This document shows, piece by piece, positions 1 to 8,310 of a DNA stretch of 20,352 bases. Under the pieces are notes generated by a model. That model saw nothing but the letters and a program-made list of their open reading frames with translations, ran no database searches and was not told where the DNA came from. The stretch's first letter is position 1, and every line of letters begins with the position of its first letter. The translations under genes and the position numbers were made by a program. This DNA comes from a virus (lineage: Duplodnaviria; Heunggongvirae; Uroviricota; Caudoviricetes). Location of the stretch: IMG/VR virus record IMGVR_UViG_2534681705_000008; one strand, written 5' to 3'.

Positions 1-378
1 TGCCTCGGTATCCGTCACCCATTTCTCACCATCCCATTTATCGTATGGCGTTAACGGGGCGATAGTGGTTGTATTATCAGGGTAATCACCCGGTGCTGTG
101 ATTTCTTTTGATTCTCCTGTTTCGGTGCTAAAGACAATTTCACCGCGATGGTCTGGTACATATTCCCATGAGTTAAAATCTGCAGAGCGGCAGATTGCAT
201 AACCAGCTTTGTAGGTGCCTGGAGCATCTAAACAGGAATATGCCGGAATGCCGACACCAACAGCAAGATATTCAGTTGAAGCTGAAATATACTCCCGACT
301 CATGACGTCAAAGTTATAAACAGTAATTTCTCCTGCCATAGTGGCAATTAATTCACTGTTTAATTCTGCGTTATTCAT
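1..378 (-). CDS. G: Tail fiber assembly protein (gpG/Tfa-like), N-terminal part; 3' end lies beyond the window start
   Basis: Minus-strand ATG at 378..376 overlaps the TAA stop of the tail fiber gene by 1 nt; the translation continues to the window edge without a stop; position directly downstream of H as in P2. Confidence 0.7.
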   Translation of the reverse strand, partial: MNNAELNSELIATMAGEITVYNFDVMSREYISASTEYLAVGVGIPAYSCLDAPGTYKAGYAICRSADFNSWEYVPDHRGEIVFSTETGESKEITAPGDYPDNTTTIAPLTPYDKWDGEKWVTDTEA

Positions 379-1919
379 TATGCAGCCCTCACAATATAGT
401 TAAAAGCGACATTTCGTGGGCGTGTTTCATTCGCACCTGCATGTTTAGTCGTTGCCGCAACAACACCACCCTCTGTAATAGCCGGGTTGGGAATTGGGTA
501 ATTATCGAAGTCAATGGCCGGAGACAGGGGCGTGATTTGTTTTAAAATCGTGGTGCCTGTAAAACTTTCCAGAGTCTGGTCGTTAGTTCGTGAAGTCCAG
601 ATTCCCCAATAGTGGTTATGACTGACAATCGCACCGTCCTGAAGCGTTAATAATCCCCTTCCGTTATCCACTCCACGTCCGTCATCCCAGCCACGAATAA
701 ACTCACCGCGTAAATCAGGTAATTTATTTGTCGGGTAAGCCTTTGCCAGTTCCGGGTATTCTTCGGCAGAAAAAGCCGCACCGTTGCATTTCAGCCAGCC
801 TGTCGGCGGAGTGGCTGAAGGCCACGGAACAGGGACACCAACAGGTAATGCAGAGCCTTCTCCCAAACCAAGGTATGTGAGAAGATCAGCTACATCCTTT
901 CCACTCAAATTGGTAAGCGTATTGTCCAGCGGTTGTTTACCTGCCAGCGCATTAAGCATTGTCGTGGCAAAGTTCGGATCATTCCCCAGTGCCGCCGCCA
1001 GTTCGTTCAGTGTATCCAGTGCAGCAGGTGCAGAACCCACCATTCCTGCAATCGCCGATTTCACAAAAGCCGTAGTGGCAATCTGTGTATTGTTGACCGA
1101 CTGCGCCGCCGTGGGGGCTGTTGGCGTTCCGGTGAGTGCCGGACTCGACAACGGTGCTTTTAGTGCCAGCGCATTGTTAATGGTGGTACTGAAATTCGGA
1201 TCATTGTTAATGGCTGCGGCTATTTCTTTCAGCGTGTCCAGCGTGGCTGGCGCACCATTAATAAGGGCCGTCAGTGCCGCCTGTACAAACGCAGTGGTCG
1301 CAACCTGCGTGGTATTATTCCCCGCCGCTGGCGTTGGCGCTTTGGGGGTTCCGGTAAATGTCGGGCTGGCTTTTGGCGCGTACTGTGAATGCGGGTCCGG
1401 TGCGGCAAGATGTTTTGCCATCTGATCATCCGCGTACACCTTCAGCTCCAGTGCCTTGTCATCCACATACTTGCGGGTTGCCAGCACTACAGCAGGGTCG
1501 ATTTTCAGGGTGATATTGTCCGTGCTGCTGGTAATCAGCACCATGCGCACGGTCTGAGTGCGCCCGCTACCTTCAGCCAGTTGCGGCTTATAGCTTTCCG
1601 GGCAGTTGCCCACGGCAATCAATGCCCCGGACTCATCAAACAAGCCCACTTCACGTATCCACCAACCGCCCTCGTTTTCAGGGATCACCTGTTCGGCAAT
1701 AATCTGGCTGCTGTTCTGCGGGTCGATATAAAGCATATTCAGCGCAGCCCGGCGTTTCTCATTTACCAGTGCCGTCTGCTTTGCGTCCGGCGTTGGCAAT
1801 ACTCCACCGCCATCGCCCACCGCCATATGGGTAATTTTTAGCGGCACACCGAGCGCGGCGGCGCTGGCAAGTTTCGCCGCGCCAATATCCGTCAGCAGGG
1901 TATAAAATTTTGTGCTCAT
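378..1919 (-). CDS. H: Tail fiber protein (gpH-like)
   Basis: 513 aa; conserved P2 gpH-like N-terminus; two internal tandem repeats; C-terminal receptor-binding-type domain ending in NVAFNYIVRAA; ATG at 1919 confirmed, ATGA overlap with gpI stop. Confidence 0.9.
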   Translation of the reverse strand: MSTKFYTLLTDIGAAKLASAAALGVPLKITHMAVGDGGGVLPTPDAKQTALVNEKRRAALNMLYIDPQNSSQIIAEQVIPENEGGWWIREVGLFDESGALIAVGNCPESYKPQLAEGSGRTQTVRMVLITSSTDNITLKIDPAVVLATRKYVDDKALELKVYADDQMAKHLAAPDPHSQYAPKASPTFTGTPKAPTPAAGNNTTQVATTAFVQAALTALINGAPATLDTLKEIAAAINNDPNFSTTINNALALKAPLSSPALTGTPTAPTAAQSVNNTQIATTAFVKSAIAGMVGSAPAALDTLNELAAALGNDPNFATTMLNALAGKQPLDNTLTNLSGKDVADLLTYLGLGEGSALPVGVPVPWPSATPPTGWLKCNGAAFSAEEYPELAKAYPTNKLPDLRGEFIRGWDDGRGVDNGRGLLTLQDGAIVSHNHYWGIWTSRTNDQTLESFTGTTILKQITPLSPAIDFDNYPIPNPAITEGGVVAATTKHAGANETRPRNVAFNYIVRAA

Positions 1920-2521
1920 GGATTCACTCTCATTGTATCAATAACATGGACCGCCCCGCCTTCATGCGCGGTGCCACCGGAAATAATCGTTTCGTTGATA
2001 TACGGATAGATCGTGATTTCTTCGCCAAGATAGCTGGCGGCTCCCACCCAATGCGGGCCGCTGGTCTGCAGATTGATGGACATGCCGATCATGTGGCGGC
2101 TACATGGTTTGGCATCGCTTATCAGTCGCTCAAGTTCCAGATAGGTATCTTCAGTGATGCCCTGGTCCTGCACGCCGATATCCAGGCGAAACGTGCCCGG
2201 TGTTTCTCCGGTCTGCCACCACTCAATAATGCGGATCAGGAATCCGAACGGCTCCACCACCCGCCGCACGGCACTGGTGGTCCCTTTATGCTGATGAATA
2301 TAAAAAGCATCCTTCACCACCTGGCGCTTGACGCTTTCTGTCCAGCCCTCGTCCCAGCGATCCACAGAGAACGCCCAGGCGAGATAAGGCAGGAAACTGA
2401 CCGGACAGGTTGCCGGATTCCACAAGTCACGAAGCGGCACCTGCAGATCAGAAATCCCGCTGCAGGTTTGCGCCAGTCGGCGCTCCAGTGGTGTTGAACC
2501 CGGTGGCAGCAGACTATTCAT
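1916..2521 (-). CDS. I: Baseplate assembly protein gpI
   Basis: 201 aa; P2 tail protein I-like; ATG at 2521 confirmed; synteny J-I-H. Confidence 0.85.
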   Translation of the reverse strand: MNSLLPPGSTPLERRLAQTCSGISDLQVPLRDLWNPATCPVSFLPYLAWAFSVDRWDEGWTESVKRQVVKDAFYIHQHKGTTSAVRRVVEPFGFLIRIIEWWQTGETPGTFRLDIGVQDQGITEDTYLELERLISDAKPCSRHMIGMSINLQTSGPHWVGAASYLGEEITIYPYINETIISGGTAHEGGAVHVIDTMRVNP

Positions 2522-3422
2522 CCGTTCCTCCGTTGGTTACGCTCCACTGCGTACATGATGCCGCCTGTGTTTTGTTCAGGACCACATCCGCCAGAGGAGA
2601 AGCCAGCTCCACACGCTGCACCCCCTCAACATGCAGGGCGGCAAAGATGGCGCTACGGCGAATATCCCGACCAAGACGCGTCTGACTGGCGATGTACTTC
2701 TGCAGGCTGGCTTTTGCCGCTGCCATTACCGGCTCTGCTTCCGGTCCAGGATAGAGAAAAATGGTGGCTTCCACGCGATACGGGATGATTTCTGCGCTGC
2801 GAACCGTAAGACGGTCAGCCACCGGGCGGACGTTCTCACTGTTCAGAGCTTTTTCCACCACGTCCAGCAGGTCTTTTTCTGCAGTTCCATCGCCTTCGCG
2901 GCTAAGGACAGTCAGCACCACCTCTGCAGGTGCCGGGCTGGTTGCACTGGCATCCGCCACCCGACCGTCGGCGCTTCGGGCATGAAATTCATAAGCTGCA
3001 GTTGGCCCCGCAACAGAAAGCCCTTCAAAGGCTGCAGGCACACGCAGGCGTAACGCTTCATCGCTTTCCATCACAGCTGCAACGGGCGGCACAGCATCAT
3101 TATCAGCAGGCGTCACCGTCAGGCGTGTCACGTTGTAGTTGGCAGCGAGCTGGTCAAGATCGCCGCCCATCGCGTAAGCCACCATCACCGCCTGCGCGGC
3201 TTCGTTAATGCGCTGGCGCAGAAGCAACTCACGGTAAGCATTCTCCTGCAACAATTTAGTGGCGGGTTCAGATTCCAGTTCCAGCGTGCGGATCACTGCT
3301 TCCTGCTCATCTTTCGGATGAAGCGCCACAAATTCTGCCTTGCGTTCGGCAAGCAGCGTCTCAAAGTCCGGCACATCCACAATCTGCGGTGCAGGCAACT
3401 GCGAAAGGTCAATCACTGCCAT
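2514..3422 (-). CDS. J: Baseplate assembly protein gpJ
   Basis: The ORF track extends to a GTG at 3461, but the in-frame ATG at 3422 (MAVIDLSQLPAP...) aligns with the P2 gpJ N-terminus and gives 302 aa. Confidence 0.85.
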   Translation of the reverse strand: MAVIDLSQLPAPQIVDVPDFETLLAERKAEFVALHPKDEQEAVIRTLELESEPATKLLQENAYRELLLRQRINEAAQAVMVAYAMGGDLDQLAANYNVTRLTVTPADNDAVPPVAAVMESDEALRLRVPAAFEGLSVAGPTAAYEFHARSADGRVADASATSPAPAEVVLTVLSREGDGTAEKDLLDVVEKALNSENVRPVADRLTVRSAEIIPYRVEATIFLYPGPEAEPVMAAAKASLQKYIASQTRLGRDIRRSAIFAALHVEGVQRVELASPLADVVLNKTQAASCTQWSVTNGGTDE

Positions 3423-3768
3423 TCTCTGCTCCTGTTGATACGGAAAGGGACACAGGCACACCGTTATTCCGCCGCCCGGTCAGCTCCACCACCATTGAAC
3501 CGTCAAAATTGCTGTTGATGGTGATGGAATCCAGCGTCAACCGTGGCTCCCAGCGACTCAGCGCCACATACACTGCCGACATGACCTGCAGGCGTAATGC
3601 CGGATTTTGTGGCTGATCTATCAGTGCCGACAGCAGGGAACCATATTCCCGGCGGGCAATACGGCTACCCTGCGGTGTCAGCAGAATGTCCCGCACCGAC
3701 TGGCGCAGATGATCAATATCAGTAATGACTTTGCCGCTGGTATTGTTCATCCCGCTATAAAGCGTCAT
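3409..3768 (-). CDS. W: Baseplate protein gpW (gp25/lysozyme-like baseplate wedge)
   Basis: 119 aa; ATG at 3768 confirmed; ATGA overlap with the upstream V stop; synteny. Confidence 0.85.
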   Translation of the reverse strand: MTLYSGMNNTSGKVITDIDHLRQSVRDILLTPQGSRIARREYGSLLSALIDQPQNPALRLQVMSAVYVALSRWEPRLTLDSITINSNFDGSMVVELTGRRNNGVPVSLSVSTGAENGSD

Positions 3769-4343
3769 ACCGGGCCTCCGGTTGTATCGCCGCCTTTCAG
3801 GACGCCAGTATGCTGATGCGCATCAACCACGATCCCGTTAGAACTCATCGCTCCGCCGCCCTGGGTAACGCCACCATTGATCACCACTTCGCTGTTAATG
3901 CGCGTGCGGTCAGCCTCCAGTACAAACTCACTGGTTTTCATGGTGATGTTGTCAGCAGCCTCAATGACCATTGATTTGATGCCCCTGACATACCAGCGCC
4001 CGGTGGCGGGTTCGTATTCAAACCAGCCACCGTCAGGATGTTCTGTCACGCAGGCGTCCGCCGACGTCGACGGTGGTGCGAACTGATTCGAATAGACAGC
4101 GGGCAGCGCAAAGGCGGTTTCCAGATTGCCGCCCAGACTCAGCAGCACCACCTGCTCACCTTCCGATGGTCGCCACCATGTACGGGCATTCCCGGCACGC
4201 AGCGTCAGCCAGCTGATCCAGTTGGTTTCAAGCTCGCCCGTTTTCACCCGGCAAAGCCAGTTTTCCCTGTCCACTTCGGTGACTACCCCTGTGCGGATCA
4301 GGTTGGTGATAAGGCGCATGATTTCGGTTAATTGTGCGTTCAT
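3765..4343 (-). CDS. V: Baseplate spike/assembly protein gpV
   Basis: 192 aa; N-terminus aligns with P2 gpV; ATG at 4343 confirmed. Confidence 0.9.
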   Translation of the reverse strand: MNAQLTEIMRLITNLIRTGVVTEVDRENWLCRVKTGELETNWISWLTLRAGNARTWWRPSEGEQVVLLSLGGNLETAFALPAVYSNQFAPPSTSADACVTEHPDGGWFEYEPATGRWYVRGIKSMVIEAADNITMKTSEFVLEADRTRINSEVVINGGVTQGGGAMSSNGIVVDAHQHTGVLKGGDTTGGPV

Positions 4344-4388
4344 AGGGAAAGGTTGCCATCAGGGGAAGAAAGGCGGCAGTGCTGCAAC

Positions 4389-4408
4389 TTGTATCAGTGC
4401 TGATACAA
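4389..4408. promoter_or_regulatory. Candidate late-promoter activator (Ogr/B-type) binding site: perfect palindrome TTGTATCAG-TG-CTGATACAA containing TGT-N12-ACA
   Basis: Seen in sequence between S stop (4412) and V start (4343). P2-family late promoters are known to carry a TGT-N12-ACA dyad; a P_V promoter is expected at this position. Confidence 0.5.
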
Positions 4409-4411
4409 AGA

Positions 4412-4858
4412 TCACCCCGCCAGCCATTGCAGAATCATGTCGCGGGTCATTGCCTCAACATCATCATTTACACCCAGAAGGCGACGCTCTGCGTAACGCA
4501 CCTCCGGTCCCTTACGACTGACGCGATCTCGCAGGCCGTAATGGTGAACGCGGGCAATGCGCTGCACCTTGCCTTCAAACTGCACGCTGGCAGAGTCGGT
4601 GCTGGCGGCAGTTTTCAGGTATTTTGTGGTGCGCAGCTTTGCAAACATCTGACGTTTGATACGGCCTTTTTTACTGCGTGCTGTTACCCGTCGCGGTTCA
4701 TAGCTGCTGCCGTCAGGGTTGCGCTGCATCCTGATATTCTGCTGCTGTGTCCGGCGAAGTTCCTGCGCCAGCTGGCGCATCATGCGGCTTCTCGAGGCTG
4801 GTTCCAGATTCGCCAGCAAGGCACTCAGCCAGTCGTCCACCTTCTGCAGTTCAGCCAC
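4412..4858 (-). CDS. S: Tail completion protein gpS
   Basis: 148 aa; synteny R-S-V; the start at 4858 is a GTG, so the exact start is uncertain. Confidence 0.8.
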   Translation of the reverse strand: MAELQKVDDWLSALLANLEPASRSRMMRQLAQELRRTQQQNIRMQRNPDGSSYEPRRVTARSKKGRIKRQMFAKLRTTKYLKTAASTDSASVQFEGKVQRIARVHHYGLRDRVSRKGPEVRYAERRLLGVNDDVEAMTRDMILQWLAG

Positions 4859-5303
4859 GTTTCACCGTCCACATTTCTTCAGGTGCATCAGGTTCCGCTA
4901 TAGCTTCAACGCTCGACACACTGCCGTCAGTGCTGACCAGCACACGTTCCGTCAGTTGCAGGTTCAGGCTGATATCACAGACATCGTTGCGCAGAATATC
5001 CACCTCAAAGGTGAATAGCTTTTCCCGTAACGCCGGGTTATTGATGGCATCGGGCTGGTTATCCCTCAGCCACAGCAAAACCGGGGCCATCAGCAGATTC
5101 TGGTCGCCGCTGAAATCCTCAATCACCGCGTTCAGTGTGTAACGGTACTCCCACGACATGGAGCTGGCCCCCGTGGCAACCAGCGAACCGTTATCCACAA
5201 ACAGATGCAGTTTGTCCGGGTTATTGCGGACATAAGGCACCGCTTTATTGAGGGCGTGGCGCAGGGATTGTGGTTTGTTCACTGTTTCGCTCCTGACACG
5301 CAA
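4851..5303 (-). CDS. R: Tail completion protein gpR
   Basis: Similar to P2 gpR from ...KPQSLRHALNKAV onward; the track start at 5303 is TTG; a GTG at 5282 is an alternative start. Confidence 0.8.
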   Translation of the reverse strand: MRVRSETVNKPQSLRHALNKAVPYVRNNPDKLHLFVDNGSLVATGASSMSWEYRYTLNAVIEDFSGDQNLLMAPVLLWLRDNQPDAINNPALREKLFTFEVDILRNDVCDISLNLQLTERVLVSTDGSVSSVEAIAEPDAPEEMWTVKRG

Positions 5304-5535
5304 TAATCATGTCCACTTTGTCTGCACAGACCGCCCAGGCGGCCTCCGTTTCATCCAGCAACGCGTTCAGATCACCGTTAGTGCGCGGCGTTGCCTGATC
5401 CAGCCGACACGGCGTCACTCGCGGACAACCACTGACGGTAAGCCATACCTCCGGTGAGTGCCGGACGTTTCCGCAGCCGGATAATGTCAGCAGGCAAAGG
5501 AGTATCAGCCCAGCGGCGTAAATCCTCGTTCTCAC
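5245..5535 (-). CDS. lysC: LysC-like outer-membrane spanin (Rz1-like lipoprotein), overlapping the lysB 3' end out of frame
   Basis: 96 aa; N-terminal signal with lipobox LTLSGC; GTG start at 5535; same size and position as P2 lysC. Confidence 0.65.
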   Translation of the reverse strand: MRTRIYAAGLILLCLLTLSGCGNVRHSPEVWLTVSGCPRVTPCRLDQATPRTNGDLNALLDETEAAWAVCADKVDMIIACQERNSEQTTIPAPRPQ

Positions 5536-5806
5536 GTTTCAGTTCCTCGATCCGGTGTTGTCGTTGTCTCAGCAGCGTGCTGGTCTGTTCTGCTTCGGCA
5601 TAGAGCCGCGCCTGCTCCCGGTTATTGGTTTCAGTCAGAATGGACAGGCTGATAAGCTGGCTGTTGCTCTTTGCCAGTGCCTGGCTTTTGCTATGCAGCT
5701 CGTCTGCCTGCGTGCTGATGGTCTGGCTGGCATCAGCCAGCCGCCACGTCTGCCAGCCCAGCGCCGCCAGTAATAACGCCAGCACAACCAGCAGCAACCG
5801 GTTCAT
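5378..5806 (-). CDS. lysB: LysB-like inner-membrane spanin (Rz-like)
   Basis: 142 aa; N-terminal transmembrane segment followed by a charged, coiled-coil-like region; ATG at 5806 confirmed; ATGA overlap with the upstream gene. Confidence 0.75.
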   Translation of the reverse strand: MNRLLLVVLALLLAALGWQTWRLADASQTISTQADELHSKSQALAKSNSQLISLSILTETNNREQARLYAEAEQTSTLLRQRQHRIEELKRENEDLRRWADTPLPADIIRLRKRPALTGGMAYRQWLSASDAVSAGSGNAAH

Positions 5807-6180
5807 GCTGCTACCTGTTTCGCCATCTGATTACGGGTGATCCAGAAGGCAATAACGGTCAGTAGATAAAAGACCAGGGTAATAGCCCACCCCGTCCAGG
5901 CGAGACTTACAACAATCAGCAATCGCATCACCCAACTGATAAATACGTTTTCTTTTCGGGTAATTGTCTTCAGTAAAGATGCCCTTAACTCCTGCCAGAG
6001 CGGGCCATTCTTAATTAACGCAGCCAGTGCTACCGGAATTACCGCCCATGTCAGCAAACAGGCTACCCAAACGCCGGACGCTGCCAGTACCGGAAAAATC
6101 CCCTGCGGATACACCATTGCTGCGATTAACAGCGCCATCCATAACATCAGAAACAGTCCGCTGATTAATTTCTTTTTCAT
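5803..6180 (-). CDS. lysA: LysA-like small membrane protein (putative holin/antiholin-type lysis regulator)
   Basis: ATG at 6180 (MKKKLISGLF...) lies 1 nt after the endolysin stop; several hydrophobic helices; the longer track ORF (to 6252) would overlap the endolysin by about 70 nt. Confidence 0.65.
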   Translation of the reverse strand: MKKKLISGLFLMLWMALLIAAMVYPQGIFPVLAASGVWVACLLTWAVIPVALAALIKNGPLWQELRASLLKTITRKENVFISWVMRLLIVVSLAWTGWAITLVFYLLTVIAFWITRNQMAKQVAA

Positions 6181-6181
6181 T

Positions 6182-6694
6182 TCAGTTTGCTCCCTGTAAA
6201 CACCAGGCCATCTCCCGCGCACGGCGGTTATCCAGCCCCTGATTAAACACACCTTTTACATAAACCCAGCGCGGCAACTGTCGGCACGCATCCGCCCAGC
6301 GCCGCTGATTGAGCAATTTCACCAGCGTGGAGCTGCAGGCATTGCCCGTCCCCACGTTGAAGGCAAACGACACCGTAGCGTCATACACCTTCTGTGGTGG
6401 CAGTTGCTTCACACACCTTTCCAGTACCCGCTCCACACGCAGCACGTTGGAGATCAGCCCTTCTGCTGCCTGTCGTTCCGTGATTGTTTTGCCGGGAATG
6501 ACGCCCGATGTATTACCAATGCCGTCGGTCCAGACACCCGCGCTGCACTGATACGGCTGCAGACGACAGCCTTCGTAATCAGCAATCAGTTTCAGCCCCT
6601 CCACGGAGGTGTGAAGCTGCTGAAAACCCGGCAGCGTGGCAGCAATAGCCAGCACGGCCCCGACAAGGCAGCGTTTAACGATTGATGGATTCAT
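6182..6694 (-). CDS. Endolysin, GH24 lysozyme with an N-terminal SAR-like signal-anchor
   Basis: 170 aa; hydrophobic N-terminus (CLVGAVLAIAATLPGF) followed by a lysozyme core resembling P21-type SAR endolysins; ATG at 6694 confirmed. Confidence 0.9.
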   Translation of the reverse strand: MNPSIVKRCLVGAVLAIAATLPGFQQLHTSVEGLKLIADYEGCRLQPYQCSAGVWTDGIGNTSGVIPGKTITERQAAEGLISNVLRVERVLERCVKQLPPQKVYDATVSFAFNVGTGNACSSTLVKLLNQRRWADACRQLPRWVYVKGVFNQGLDNRRAREMAWCLQGAN

Positions 6695-6890
6695 AGTCCT
6701 CCCGCGAGATCTGCCCGTCGCGCAGAAGCTGGTAGGATTTGTGTTTGTAGTACCAGTTGATAGCCAGCATCAGTACACCAATCATCAGGCCGCCCAGCGT
6801 TGAGGCATCCTTGATGGACAAATCGCCCAGCCAGGCCAGCACGACGGCGATGCAATACGTGATAAAGGCGCTGATTCGCTCAAGCGTCAT
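6675..6890 (-). CDS. Holin (small two-TM membrane protein)
   Basis: 71 aa; two hydrophobic segments and a charged C-terminus; ATG at 6890 confirmed; position immediately upstream of the endolysin. Confidence 0.7.
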   Translation of the reverse strand: MTLERISAFITYCIAVVLAWLGDLSIKDASTLGGLMIGVLMLAINWYYKHKSYQLLRDGQISREDYESINR

Positions 6891-6893
6891 AAT

Positions 6894-7097
6894 TCAGTCC
6901 CATAGCTGGACGGTCTGCACGGTGGTGGTGGTCGGAATGTCCGGCAGCTCCACCTGCAGCCCGTGAGGTAAAAAGGGGCCGTATTCGGCAAGCCCCGGAT
7001 TTGCCTTCAGTACCTGCTCCGTGACCCCCTGCGTGCGCCCGTAATGACGCCAGCAAAGCGCGTCCACCGTGTCATACTGATGCGCACGCACTTTCAT
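6894..7097 (-). CDS. X: Tail protein X (gpX)
   Basis: 67 aa, same length and position as P2 gpX; ATG at 7097 confirmed. Confidence 0.8.
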   Translation of the reverse strand: MKVRAHQYDTVDALCWRHYGRTQGVTEQVLKANPGLAEYGPFLPHGLQVELPDIPTTTTVQTVQLWD

Positions 7098-7561
7098 CAG
7101 ATAAGCTCCACTGTGCAGTGCGGCGCATCCTGCACCCGGCTGATGGCCCAGCGGGCGTCACGCCACAAATCACCGCTTGCTTCCGCCAGTTCCTCGCCCC
7201 GCTTCACACCGGACGCCGTGGCGTCATAGTCCTGGTATCGTTCGTTGAGCATGGCGCGTGCCCAGCAGTAAACCGCGTTGAAATAGTGCTGAATGCGCTC
7301 ACTTTTGCCGTCCAGCTGTTCCGCCGGAACTTCTGCCAGCGAGGCATACCCCAGCATCTGCTGGCGTCTGCGAAACTCATACAGCTCTGCGTTGACCTCC
7401 GAAATTGCCGACAGCGCAACCTGCTTTAAACGCGGCTGCGTCACCGTGCCGTCAGTGCGCATCACGCTGCGAAACTCCGACAGGTCCACATCAGGCCAGA
7501 ACGGCGTATTCCTGATGATTTCCGCCTGTTCCGGTGCCTGTTCTGGCGCAACAAACTTCAT
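7097..7561 (-). CDS. L: Head completion/stabilisation protein gpL
   Basis: The ATG at 7561 has a good SD (AGGAGA) and gives 154 aa; the track ORF extends to a GTG at 7624; similar to P2 gpL. Confidence 0.85.
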   Translation of the reverse strand: MKFVAPEQAPEQAEIIRNTPFWPDVDLSEFRSVMRTDGTVTQPRLKQVALSAISEVNAELYEFRRRQQMLGYASLAEVPAEQLDGKSERIQHYFNAVYCWARAMLNERYQDYDATASGVKRGEELAEASGDLWRDARWAISRVQDAPHCTVELI

Positions 7562-7656
7562 GCTGCTTTCTCCTGAAATAGAGGGCGGTGGACGGGGTTT
7601 TGATGTGGCAGTGCCTTTCGCCACCCCGTGCCGCCCGTGCGCGGGGGCACGTTCTG

Positions 7657-8307
7657 TCAGCGGCTGTCATTGCGCAGTCTGCGCTCCAGCTGCTGTTTGT
7701 CTTTTTTCACGCCACAGCGAGGATCGAGCTGTAACGCATGGTTGAGATGATTAAGGGCGGAAGCCGGGTTGCTTTCACTCAGGACAGCGCCAATCGCTTT
7801 ATGCAGACGCGCCCGTGACTGGTCCGGCATATCCAGACCGTCTGCCAGCTCCAGCGTCTGCAGCAACAGATCGGCATCAAAGCCGGTGGCGGCAAGCATT
7901 GCGCTCTGCGCCGCGTCTGCCATTTCCTCTGCCAGCACGGTCTGCACGTTGCGGTTACCCAGCGGCATCACCCAGCCATGACGCAGGGCATGACGCCCGA
8001 TCTCCAGCGCCCCTGCATAATCTCCGGCATCAATGCGCCACAGCATCACGTACATCAGCACGTCATCCTGTTGAGCGCCTCCGGCAGCCAGAACGCCCTC
8101 CGCCCAGGCGGCATATTTCGGCAGCAGCTCCACCTTGATTTCCGCTTTTTTGACCGTGGACTGAACGCCCTTGAGACGGCGGCGGTCTTCCGCCAGTTGC
8201 AGCAGCATCAGGTCATAGCCCGACGCGTGGCGAACACTGCCACCCTCGCGAGCGGCCTGTTCAGCCTGAACGCGCAGGCGATGCTGCCGTGCGGGACTCA
8301 GGCTCAT
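7657..8307 (-). CDS. M: Terminase endonuclease (small) subunit gpM
   Basis: 216 aa; ATG at 8307 confirmed; synteny O-N-M-L. Confidence 0.85.
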   Translation of the reverse strand: MSLSPARQHRLRVQAEQAAREGGSVRHASGYDLMLLQLAEDRRRLKGVQSTVKKAEIKVELLPKYAAWAEGVLAAGGAQQDDVLMYVMLWRIDAGDYAGALEIGRHALRHGWVMPLGNRNVQTVLAEEMADAAQSAMLAATGFDADLLLQTLELADGLDMPDQSRARLHKAIGAVLSESNPASALNHLNHALQLDPRCGVKKDKQQLERRLRNDSR

Positions 8308-8310
8308 GAA

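Noticed and set aside
784-1425. 213-aa plus-strand ORF (and 933..1163, 1389..1841) inside the tail fiber gene
   Set aside because: Antisense shadow ORFs within a GC-rich, repeat-containing coding region; low-complexity Ala/Gly/Ser-rich translation; no start context; fully overlapped by the well-supported gpH.
7626-7655. GC-rich imperfect inverted repeat between M and L as a terminator
   Set aside because: No U-tract on the transcribed strand and it lies inside the O-N-M-L late operon; more likely incidental structure or a regulatory hairpin.
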